From assembly GCA_048885535.1 (NCBI GenBank), contig JBHLLO010000062.1, positions 1 to 18,080 of the forward strand: a stretch of 18,080 nucleotides of DNA, in the 5' to 3' direction. This DNA is from Candidatus Hermodarchaeota archaeon (GTDB lineage: Archaea; Asgardarchaeota; Lokiarchaeia; Sigyniarchaeales; SOKP01). The position numbers were made by a program, and so were the translations under genes. Every line of letters starts with the position of its first letter. The first letter of the stretch is position 1. Positions 7,133-15,806 of the stretch are shown here, piece by piece. Below the pieces are notes generated by a model. It was not told the origin of the DNA, ran no database searches, and saw only the letters and a program-made list of their open reading frames with translations.

Positions 7133-8194
7133 TCAATCTTTGATGACCTCTGGAGGTAAGTGAATCTCAACTTGACAGTAATCATCTCCTTTGAGAAGTG
7201 ATTTTAGTACCTTTATTTTTACTGGTTTCTCAAGTATTCCTTCCCATTGTTGGCGATACCATCCTGTTCCACAATTACAAAAAGTTGGAGATATCCCTTT
7301 ATCTAAGTTCTCATTTATAAACATGCAATGACAGTAGTTTTTCTTTTTTTCCTCAAGAGTTTTTGCTTTATCATGACCTTTTTGGTTTACAGGTACTTTA
7401 GAAATATATAACTTATTTCCTTTTCTCATTGGTTTTTCGTACCAAGCATTATCTTTATGCATCTCCTTTATCACTGCATCAACATCATCAGTATTTTGAT
7501 ATATTTCTTTCATATAAGCAATGCGTTTCGGTGAGAAGTCATGTGCACAACAAGAAACTATTTCATATTTTTGATCGTCATCAGTAACTTGATCTAAACG
7601 ATCGAGCATATCTTTAAGCCATTGAATTCGATCCTTATAAGAAGATTCAATTGTAAAGAATTTTTCTCTATCCTTCATTATTTTTCCTCTTGCTTCTATT
7701 CCTAAAACTTGATCAATACTTTTTTCTAATCTTTTATCCCAACGATGCAAATTACATTGTATTTCTATTCGATTCTCCTTAGGATTTTCTTGATTATATT
7801 TATGATAAACTAATCTTAACCATGCCGTACCTAAAACTACATGGTCTTGTCTATATCTAAGTATTTTTTGATAACTTTCTGTTAAGGTATCATTTGAGTT
7901 TGTATGCATGATTGATAAGACTTCAACACTATCAAGATATTTTGTGTTTATGCCTTTGATGTTTTTCCCTTCTTTAAGTGGAATACAAATGTCAATATCT
8001 TTTCCACCATCCGAATAAACCCCATAATCTATAACCGCTATTGCTGGACCTGAATTATTTCTTTTTATCTTTTCATATAATTCATCTATCTTAGCTGGAA
8101 TATCTGAAATCTCACCTCGAAAATTAACAAAACCTACAAATTGCCTGTCAATTATCTTATGCTCAATCCCTAAATCTTTTAGTGTCATTAACAA
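7133..8194 (-). CDS. GyrI-like small-molecule-binding domain fused to a Cys-rich C-terminal domain (DUF6144/V4R-like)
   Basis: The N-terminal ~150 aa has a GyrI/BmrR-effector pattern (GPAIA..., DIDICIP, VLSIMH...L...Y, IEIQ). The C-terminus has CCAH, YCHC, FCNCGTGW and KPVKIKVLKSLLKGDDYC. No HTH is visible. The start is TTG 8194 or ATG 8188. Confidence 0.7.
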   Translation of the reverse strand: MLMTLKDLGIEHKIIDRQFVGFVNFRGEISDIPAKIDELYEKIKRNNSGPAIAVIDYGVYSDGGKDIDICIPLKEGKNIKGINTKYLDSVEVLSIMHTNSNDTLTESYQKILRYRQDHVVLGTAWLRLVYHKYNQENPKENRIEIQCNLHRWDKRLEKSIDQVLGIEARGKIMKDREKFFTIESSYKDRIQWLKDMLDRLDQVTDDDQKYEIVSCCAHDFSPKRIAYMKEIYQNTDDVDAVIKEMHKDNAWYEKPMRKGNKLYISKVPVNQKGHDKAKTLEEKKKNYCHCMFINENLDKGISPTFCNCGTGWYRQQWEGILEKPVKIKVLKSLLKGDDYCQVEIHLPPEVIKD

Positions 8195-8359
8195 AAACTC
8201 ACTTAAATAATGCTTAAAAGCAAATGTCAGTGAAAATTAAAAAAAGTTTTTACATATATCGTGTATTAGAAAAAATTAATTACTAAAAAAATGAAGATTA
8301 AAATAGATATAACTTTTGAGATAATAAATTGTTTAAAAAACTAAATGTGAGAAAAGATA

Positions 8360-9922
8360 ATGACTAACCAATATATTTTATCACATGATCTTGGAACAAC
8401 GGGTAATAAGGCAGTACTTTTTGATCTGAATTTAAATGTCATTCATCATCTAAAAGTCACCTATCCACTATATTATCCCAAAGAAGGATGGGCAGAACAA
8501 GAACCTGAAGACTATTGGAATGCCATAAAAGTGTCTACTAGAGAGATATTTCAAAAAACTAATTTAGATATAAAAGATATAATAGCAATAGTTTTTGACT
8601 GTCAAATGAATTGCACCATCCCAATCGATCAAGAAGGAAATACTTTAATGAGATCCATAAGTTGGGTTGATACACGAGCATCAATTATAGCTAAAAAATA
8701 TAAGAAAGGATTAATAAAAATTGCAGGTTATGGTTTATCTCAAATACTCATGTTCATCAAAATTACAGGAGGTGCCCCAGGTCTGAATGGAAAAGATCCT
8801 ATCTCTCATATATTATGGATTAAAGAACATCAACCAGAGATATATAGGAAAACGTACAAGTTCTTGAGCGTTAAGGATTTTATCATTTATAAATGCACCC
8901 AAAAAGCTGTTACTTCCAGAGATTTAGGTCATACATCTTGGATGATGGATACTAATCCTAATAAATTCTTTTGGTCAGACAAAATATTGGATAGGTTCGA
9001 AATTGATAAAAACAAGTTACCAGAGATTAAAAGATCAGTTGAGAAAGCTGGAAACTTAACCAAGGATGCCGCAGAAATGCTCGGATTGGAGGCGAATGTT
9101 CCTGTATTCGTTGGGTCGGGAGACTTAACTTCTGCAGCAATAGGATCTGGAGCTATCATAGATAATCAACCTGTAATTTGCTTAGGTACTTCCGATTGGA
9201 TCGCAGCACATACTTCTAAAAGATTGAAGGATTTAACTCATTATATGGGTATTATCTGTTCTTCTCAAGATAATTACTTATGTATTTCTAAACAAGAAAC
9301 AGGTGCGACTTGCCTTGATTGGATAATAAACCAGATGTTTAAAGATCAAGCGGATACTTACAAAATAAATCCTTCGCAATTATATGATTATATAGATTCC
9401 ACTGTCTTAGCTAGCCCCGTAGGAGCTAAAAGGCTATTATTTACCCCATGGATGTTTGGAGAAAGAAGTCCTATAAATAAGTCAAATGTAAGAGCAGGAT
9501 TTTATAACCTAAGCCTAAATCACACAAGAGAGGATTTACTTCGAGCAATATATGAGGGTGTGGGGTATAATATTAAATGGGCACTCCAATTTCTCGAAAA
9601 ACTCATAGGAAAGAATGACAAGATGCATATTATAGGTGGAGGTGCTAAGTCAGATGTTTGGTGTCAAATTATATCTGATATTTTAAATAAAGAGATAACA
9701 CAGATGGAAGACCCTGATTTAGCGGCAGCAAAAGGTAGTGCTATTGTGGCAATGATCGGTTTAGGGATTTTGAACTCCTTTTCGGATGCGATTCGATTAA
9801 TTAAGATTCAAAAAGAGTATAAACCAAATCCAAATAATATCAAAATATATCAAAAACTATTCGCTGAATATAAGAAATTATACGAAAGAAATAAAGCAAT
9901 GTTTGAACACTTGAATAGTTAA
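8360..9922 (+). CDS. FGGY-family carbohydrate kinase (xylulokinase-like; substrate uncertain)
   Basis: DLGTTGNKA phosphate-1 motif, GWAEQEPEDYW, SWVDTR, GSGD, CLGTS, GERSP, RAIYEGVGY, IIGGGAKSDVWCQI.SDIL and AAAKGSA. Confidence 0.92.
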   Translation: MTNQYILSHDLGTTGNKAVLFDLNLNVIHHLKVTYPLYYPKEGWAEQEPEDYWNAIKVSTREIFQKTNLDIKDIIAIVFDCQMNCTIPIDQEGNTLMRSISWVDTRASIIAKKYKKGLIKIAGYGLSQILMFIKITGGAPGLNGKDPISHILWIKEHQPEIYRKTYKFLSVKDFIIYKCTQKAVTSRDLGHTSWMMDTNPNKFFWSDKILDRFEIDKNKLPEIKRSVEKAGNLTKDAAEMLGLEANVPVFVGSGDLTSAAIGSGAIIDNQPVICLGTSDWIAAHTSKRLKDLTHYMGIICSSQDNYLCISKQETGATCLDWIINQMFKDQADTYKINPSQLYDYIDSTVLASPVGAKRLLFTPWMFGERSPINKSNVRAGFYNLSLNHTREDLLRAIYEGVGYNIKWALQFLEKLIGKNDKMHIIGGGAKSDVWCQIISDILNKEITQMEDPDLAAAKGSAIVAMIGLGILNSFSDAIRLIKIQKEYKPNPNNIKIYQKLFAEYKKLYERNKAMFEHLNS

Positions 9923-9935
9923 TATAAAGCTAAAA

Positions 9936-9954
9936 ATTTTATTTTTCTTTTTTA
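9936..9954 (+). terminator. Putative T-rich terminator after the FGGY kinase
   Basis: TTTTTATTTTTCTTTTTT in the 36-bp convergent gap. Confidence 0.35.
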
Positions 9955-9958
9955 TCTC

Positions 9959-10696
9959 TTATAATTTTCCATAGTATATTTCAGTATCATATTCAAGCCT
10001 GATTAATCCATTTTGTTGATATATCTTAAAAAGATTTTCAAAATCTGTAATCATCTTTTCAAAATTAGGGTCATCTTCTAAAGGGATATATGAGGCTGAA
10101 AGTATTCTTCCTTTATATTCTTCAAGATTAAGATCTTGGAAATTATAGAAAACTTCCTTTTCAAATTGAAAAAAACTTTCAATATTTTTTTCAGTCTTCT
10201 GTACTTCTTTATAATCTTTGCCATATTTTAAGAGTAATTGCTCACTTTCACAGGGAAATCCCGGTGCTGTCTTTCTTCGATTATTCCAGATTAAGACAAT
10301 ATAACCCGTGGGTTTAATAATTCTTCTAAATTCCTCTCTTGTCTTTTTAACATCAAACCAATGAAATGCCTGACCCGCTGTAATTAGATCAATGCTATTT
10401 TCTTTTAAACCAGTTTTTTCAGCTGAGCCATCAATGCTAATGAAATTAGTATAATCCTTTAATAACTTTTCAGCCGCTTTCCTCATATCCTTATTAGGCT
10501 CGACTCCATAAACATTATTTCCATTTTTTAGGAACATTTCACTTAAAATACCTGTACCAGAGCCGATATCTGCTATTATAGAATCATTTAATAAGATGTC
10601 CTTCCTTTTTAAAAAGCTGATTACTTCTTGTGGATATTTAGGACGATACTTAATATAATTTTCAACTCGAGAAGAAAACCTTTCCTTAGGATCCAT
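9959..10696 (-). CDS. Class I SAM-dependent methyltransferase
   Basis: RFSSRVENYIKYRPKYP, IADIGSGTG, YGVEPN..M and IDLITAGQAFHWFD. The track start is GTG 10726; ATG 10696 (MDPKERFS) fits the family N-terminus better. Confidence 0.92.
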   Translation of the reverse strand: MDPKERFSSRVENYIKYRPKYPQEVISFLKRKDILLNDSIIADIGSGTGILSEMFLKNGNNVYGVEPNKDMRKAAEKLLKDYTNFISIDGSAEKTGLKENSIDLITAGQAFHWFDVKKTREEFRRIIKPTGYIVLIWNNRRKTAPGFPCESEQLLLKYGKDYKEVQKTEKNIESFFQFEKEVFYNFQDLNLEEYKGRILSASYIPLEDDPNFEKMITDFENLFKIYQQNGLIRLEYDTEIYYGKL

Positions 10697-10778
10697 ATAG
10701 AATTTAAATTTACCTATTGCTCTCACTTAATTTAATATTTTTCTATGAAATAAAATATTAAAAAAATAATTATTGAAT

Positions 10779-12707
10779 TTATTTAGCATGTCTTTGTTTG
10801 ATTAGCGTTAATTTTCCGCCAGCTTTTAATTCTTCCAGATCAGATTTACTGAGTGAATGATTTAAACCTATTTCAATATGTTTTGTCAAGTTTTTCAGTT
10901 TTACTTTACCAGTGTCTAATGTAGTTAAATCTATCTCAAAATTATCCCCTTGATCAATCTTACCATAATCATCTTTATTCTCAAATGTTAACGGAACAAT
11001 TCCAAAATTGACAAGATTTGCTAAATGAATACGCGCAAAAGATTTAACAATTACTGCTTTTACACCTAAATATTTGGGAGCAATTGCAGCGTGTTCTCTG
11101 CTTGAACCTTGACCATAATTTTCTCCTCCAATAATAAAACCTCCATTTACTTGTTTAGCTCTCTCTGGAAAGGATTGATCGACAACATTAAACACATACT
11201 TGCTTATCTCAGGAATATTACTACGTAAAGGAAGTATTTGGGATCCTGCTGGCATAATATGGTCAGTCGTAATATCATCCTCGACTTTTAAGAGGACTTC
11301 GCCTTCCAATTTATCGGGAATTGGATTAAATTCAGGCAAGGGTTTTATATTCGGACCTCGAATGATTTCGACTCCCCTTGCTTTTTCTGGAGGTAATGGA
11401 GGAATTATCATGTTATCATTTACTAAGAACTTTTTGGGCATCTCAATCTTAGGCATCTTTCCAAATTTTCGAGGATCAGTGACCCTTCCTTCTATGGCCG
11501 CCATAGATGCCACTTCTGGGCTTACTAAATATACACTAGCGCTCTTTGTACCTGATCTTCCAAGAAAATTCCTGTTAAAAGTTCTTAATGAAATAGCGTC
11601 ACTTTTTGGAGCAAGTCCCATCCCGATACAAGGTCCACATGTATTTTCAAGAATCCTAGCACCTGCTCTGATAAAATAAGCCATTTCACCAGAGTTTATT
11701 AAATGATCAACAACTTGTCTTGACCCTGGAGAAACTGTAAGACTCAAATTTTCATTTATAGTTTTATCTTTTAACATATTTGCAGCAATTTTAAGATCTC
11801 TTAATGAACTGTTAGTACAAGAGCCAATACAAACCTGATCTACCTTTAACCCTTCAATTTCTTTAATAGTTTTCACATTCCCAGGACTATGAGGCTCCGC
11901 TACTAGGGGTTCAAGAGTACTTAAATCAATCTCAATTGTATCATCATAAATAGCATCTAGATCTGCCTCTAAAGAAATCCATTGGTCCCCTCTTTCTTGA
12001 GCTTCAAGGAATTCTTTAGTAATTTCATCAGAAGGAAATATTGAAGTAGTTGCACCAGTTTCAGTTCCCATATTTGTAATCGTCCCCCGTTCTGGAACAG
12101 ATAAAGTTTTTACTCCAGGTCCAGAATATTCTAAGACTTTATTAACCCCTCCTTTTACACCAATTCTCCGTAGAACTTCTAATATCACATCTTTAGCTGA
12201 TACAAAATCAGATAATTTACCAGTTAAATATACCTTCACAATTTTTGGCATCTTTAGACTAAATGGCTCTCCCGCCATCGCTGCCGCGACATCTAGGCCC
12301 CCTGCTCCAATAGCAATCATTCCTACACCCCCTCCAGTTGGAGTGTGACTATCCGAACCTAATAATGTTTTACCTGGACGAGCAAATCTTTCTAGATGAA
12401 CTTGATGACAAATTCCATTTCCTGGTCGTGATAAATAAATACCATATTTGGCAGCTATACTTTGTAAATATCTATGATCATCAGGATTTTTATAATCTTC
12501 TTGAAGAGTGTTATGGTCAATATAACTGACAGAAAGCTCAGTTTGAACACGTGGAACGCCCATAGCTTCAAATTGTAGGTAAGCCATAGTCCCAGTTGCG
12601 TCTTGCGTAAGGGTTTGGTCAATTTTAATTGAAATTTCTGTTTCCTTCTGTAAGGATCCTTTTACTAAGTGTTTTTCTAAAATTTTTTCAGTTAGAGTTT
12701 TTCCCAT
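10779..12707 (-). CDS. acn: Aconitate hydratase (short, ~640 aa, C-terminal swivel domain type)
   Basis: QDATG, DHN, GNGICHQVH and DSHT motifs; [4Fe-4S] ligands in IGSCTNS and CGPCIG; FNRNF.GR, ITTDHI.PAG and GQGSSREHAA. The probable start is ATG 12707 (MGKTLTEKIL, AGGTTGA RBS) rather than 12734. Confidence 0.93.
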   Translation of the reverse strand: MGKTLTEKILEKHLVKGSLQKETEISIKIDQTLTQDATGTMAYLQFEAMGVPRVQTELSVSYIDHNTLQEDYKNPDDHRYLQSIAAKYGIYLSRPGNGICHQVHLERFARPGKTLLGSDSHTPTGGGVGMIAIGAGGLDVAAAMAGEPFSLKMPKIVKVYLTGKLSDFVSAKDVILEVLRRIGVKGGVNKVLEYSGPGVKTLSVPERGTITNMGTETGATTSIFPSDEITKEFLEAQERGDQWISLEADLDAIYDDTIEIDLSTLEPLVAEPHSPGNVKTIKEIEGLKVDQVCIGSCTNSSLRDLKIAANMLKDKTINENLSLTVSPGSRQVVDHLINSGEMAYFIRAGARILENTCGPCIGMGLAPKSDAISLRTFNRNFLGRSGTKSASVYLVSPEVASMAAIEGRVTDPRKFGKMPKIEMPKKFLVNDNMIIPPLPPEKARGVEIIRGPNIKPLPEFNPIPDKLEGEVLLKVEDDITTDHIMPAGSQILPLRSNIPEISKYVFNVVDQSFPERAKQVNGGFIIGGENYGQGSSREHAAIAPKYLGVKAVIVKSFARIHLANLVNFGIVPLTFENKDDYGKIDQGDNFEIDLTTLDTGKVKLKNLTKHIEIGLNHSLSKSDLEELKAGGKLTLIKQRHAK

Positions 12708-12992
12708 TAAATTCAACCTTTTTAGGCTTGACATTATTCAAATTTGAAAATTTAGTAAAAATAATGAAACCCATTATATTAAATTAGTTAAATACAAGAA
12801 CAACAAAAACACATGAGTTTCCCATTTACTTCCCCTTAGTTTTAAATATCCATAAATACATTTTTCTGGATTCACAAAAACTTTTCACGATAATAGACTC
12901 CCTTTAAGGAAAGAAAAAACCTTTCTATGACGTAAGTATTAAATATTCACTGATCAATATTGTTAATGTAAAAAAAATAAAAGCATTCAAGG

Positions 12993-14144
12993 ATGACAAA
13001 AAAAAAGAAAGTATTATCTTATACTGTTATATCAGTTATACTTGTCTTCATTCTCCTTATAATAATTGATAGTCTATTTCATGAACTTATTGGGAATTGG
13101 TGGGAAGGTATCCACAATTTTCTTCTTTTTACTGGAGATCTTTTCACTTTTATTTTCTATTACAGTTTATCAACTTTTTATTTCTGGAATTTAATTATAC
13201 TCCTTATTTTAGTTGTAATTTTTAGTATAAGTTACAATATTATTAGAAAAAGGCGTGTTGGAGGCACCATTTTAAGTATAATGAGTGTTATTGGGTGGTT
13301 AATCCAATTTGAATTAATTATTATTTGGGGATTTTTTGGGCTTATTAGCAACCCTGATTGGCCAATTCAGTGGAAATTAATCCTCCTAGGTTTGTCTATT
13401 CCATTAGTATTTCTATTTTTTTTTGTCCTAAGCATTTTAAGTGACTGCATATCCTTTTGGTTAGACATCATAAAAGAAAGACATGAATATTCACGCCTTA
13501 GTTATCAAATTGAGAAAAAAAATAAAGTAAAGATGATTCATATTAATACAGATGCAACTAAATTGAATACTATTTGGAGCGCAGCCATTTATCTATTAAT
13601 TGATGAAATTCTTAAAAAGGAAGGTGATTCCAGAGCTATTTCTCGATTTATTCGGAGTATTATTACTAATATCTTTTTTGAAATTGTAACTCATTTTAAT
13701 TTTTGGCCTCGATTTAAAAATGTGATTTTTCGATTTGTAGGGATAAAAATTGGAGAGGATTGTGTGATTTCCCAATATACAAAGGTTGATGCACTACTTC
13801 CAGATTTAATAACATTTGAGGATCATAGCGCTATTGGAGTATCCAGCAATTTAATAACCCATACATTTCGGGATCGAGGTGAAGTTCGAGCATTTATATA
13901 CGGTCCTATCAGAATATGCAAATATGCTCGTATTGCCTCAAATGTAACTATTATGCCCGGAGTGACTATTGGTGAGGGGGCAGTTGTTGCTGCTGGTTCT
14001 TTAGTTAGCAAAGATGTGGGTCCATATACTATGGTTGGAGGAGTTCCAGCAAAAAAGATTAAAGAAATTGATCCCAAAACCTACCGCTCTCGAATTGAAA
14101 AGGAAAATGTACTACAGAAAAGACGACTCAAGATATTAGATTAA
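12993..14144 (+). CDS. Membrane-anchored left-handed beta-helix (hexapeptide repeat) acyltransferase
   Basis: The N-terminal ~160 aa has 4-5 hydrophobic segments. The C-terminal domain has GIKIGEDCVI, LITHTF (putative catalytic His) and IMPGVTIGEGAVVAAGSLVSKDV...VGGVPAKKIK. Confidence 0.88.
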   Translation: MTKKKKVLSYTVISVILVFILLIIIDSLFHELIGNWWEGIHNFLLFTGDLFTFIFYYSLSTFYFWNLIILLILVVIFSISYNIIRKRRVGGTILSIMSVIGWLIQFELIIIWGFFGLISNPDWPIQWKLILLGLSIPLVFLFFFVLSILSDCISFWLDIIKERHEYSRLSYQIEKKNKVKMIHINTDATKLNTIWSAAIYLLIDEILKKEGDSRAISRFIRSIITNIFFEIVTHFNFWPRFKNVIFRFVGIKIGEDCVISQYTKVDALLPDLITFEDHSAIGVSSNLITHTFRDRGEVRAFIYGPIRICKYARIASNVTIMPGVTIGEGAVVAAGSLVSKDVGPYTMVGGVPAKKIKEIDPKTYRSRIEKENVLQKRRLKILD

Positions 14145-14158
14145 GAAGGGGGTTATGG

Positions 14159-15685
14159 TTGGGAATTTTTGAACTTTTAGGAGGTGGTGGGGCTCGTATA
14201 CTTAGCTATTATAGTAAAAAATCGTTAAAGAATCCTCTAGAAACCCAGCGACAGATATTAGGAGAGATAATAAAGCGTAATAAATCCACTCTGTTTGGAA
14301 AGAAGCATAAATTTAACGATATCCGAAGTATAAAACAATTTCAGGCTTTTTGTAAACCCCATTCATATGAATATTTTCAACCATATATTAATGCATATAT
14401 TTCAGGAAACTATAATGCCTTGTTTAATAGTAATCTTTTGTTTTTTGCTCAAACAACAGGAACGACTGGTACACCAAAAATATTTCCTGTAGTATATAAT
14501 ACCATCAGAAACTATAATCTTGGTGTGATTAGAACTGTCTGCCACTATATTTCAGAAGATACAAGAGAAAATTCTAAAATTATCAAGGGAAAATGGTTAT
14601 ATTTACCTGCCCCACCTATTCTTCGCTATATTTCTGGGATCCCTGTGGGGTACATAACCGGTCAATTAATGTTACCAATCGGGCTTCAGTTATGGCGTTA
14701 TTTATTAACATATAAAATATTTACACCTTTTCATTTAATGCACATCAAAAATCTTGAAAAAAAGTTTCAGATACTAACTAAAGAACTAATTTCTAAAAAT
14801 ATAACGATGGTAGTAGGTACAACTTCTGTAGTGGTTAACTTATTAGAATATATTGCAAAATATTCTAATATTCAATCAATAAATGATTTGTTCCCTAATC
14901 TTCAAGTTGCCATACTCTCTGGAGTTTCTCCAAAATTTTATGAAACCCGTTTAAAGCGAGTAACTAATACTAATTTTACTTATCGAGAAATGTATGCAGC
15001 AACGGAAGGTATGCTAGCAATTCAAATATCTAAACTTCCGTATCTTACTCCTCTCTATAACTATGCCTTTTTTGAATTTATCCCTCTTAAAAATACATCA
15101 GAACGGTTAATAATTAATCAACTCAAAAGAGGGGAAGAGTATTCCATAATCATCACTTCAAATAACGGATTATATGCGTATGAAATAGGAGATGTTATTA
15201 AAGTTGTTTCAGAAGACCCTTTAACTTTTATATTTTCATTTCGGAAAAATGTAATTGATCTAACTGGTGAGAAGTTGACACCTTTTCAAATACTTTCAGC
15301 TTTTAAAATTGCGAATGAACAAAACCAGTGTAACACTGTAGATTTCTGTGCGATTGGTGTATACAAACCTAAACCACATTATAAATTTTTAGTTGAATTC
15401 ATTTCAAAAAAAGAACCAAATTCTATCTCTGAATATTTATCTTCTCTTGATCATACTTTGGAACAACTAAATGTAGGATATCAATATAATCGTTTTAATA
15501 AGGGGACGCTTGCCTCTCCAGAATTATGGATTTTGAAGAAAGATACTTTTCACTCTTTAGAAAATTTAAAGTTACTCGATGGAATACAAGCAAATCAGAT
15601 AAAAACATCTCATCTCTCGAGAGATACTACTTTATTAGAGCTTTTTGAGGGCTATATTACTGAAAGAGCCTTCTTAGAATCATAA
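14159..15685 (+). CDS. GH3-family acyl-adenylate-forming (acyl acid-amido synthetase-like) ligase
   Basis: Typical GH3 N-terminus (P.ETQ..IL..I..RN..T.FGK.H.F, YEYF.PYI); motif I TTGTTGTPK; motif II YAATEG; FFEFIP; motif III GLYAYEIGD; GEK. TTG start with AAGGGGG RBS, 14 bp after the previous stop. Confidence 0.9.
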   Translation: MGIFELLGGGGARILSYYSKKSLKNPLETQRQILGEIIKRNKSTLFGKKHKFNDIRSIKQFQAFCKPHSYEYFQPYINAYISGNYNALFNSNLLFFAQTTGTTGTPKIFPVVYNTIRNYNLGVIRTVCHYISEDTRENSKIIKGKWLYLPAPPILRYISGIPVGYITGQLMLPIGLQLWRYLLTYKIFTPFHLMHIKNLEKKFQILTKELISKNITMVVGTTSVVVNLLEYIAKYSNIQSINDLFPNLQVAILSGVSPKFYETRLKRVTNTNFTYREMYAATEGMLAIQISKLPYLTPLYNYAFFEFIPLKNTSERLIINQLKRGEEYSIIITSNNGLYAYEIGDVIKVVSEDPLTFIFSFRKNVIDLTGEKLTPFQILSAFKIANEQNQCNTVDFCAIGVYKPKPHYKFLVEFISKKEPNSISEYLSSLDHTLEQLNVGYQYNRFNKGTLASPELWILKKDTFHSLENLKLLDGIQANQIKTSHLSRDTTLLELFEGYITERAFLES

Positions 15686-15728
15686 AATTCATTTTTCACA
15701 ATAAAAAATCTTTTTTCATTGAGGTTAC

Positions 15729-15742
15729 CTTTTTATAAAAAG
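15729..15742 (+). promoter_or_regulatory. Possible internal TATA box within the palindrome CTTTTTATAAAAAG upstream of the dehydratase-family genes
   Basis: A perfect 14-bp palindrome containing TTTATAAA (15732-15739) in the 121-bp gap, preceded by a T6 tract at 15711-15716. Confidence 0.35.
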
Positions 15743-15806
15743 TCAGTAATAATTATTAATGTCGATGTATTAAGAATTGTTTAAAGCAAATTAAGAAGGA
15801 CGATAT

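Noticed and set aside
1-12707. Declaring a complete reductive TCA (autotrophy) locus
   Set aside because: 2-oxoglutarate synthase, fumarate reductase, malate dehydrogenase and succinyl-CoA synthetase are absent from the window.
8929-14077. ORFs 8929..9159 (-), 11200..11679 (+), 12338..12529 (+) and 13823..14077 (-)
   Set aside because: They lie fully antisense within well-supported genes (FGGY kinase, aconitase, acyltransferase).
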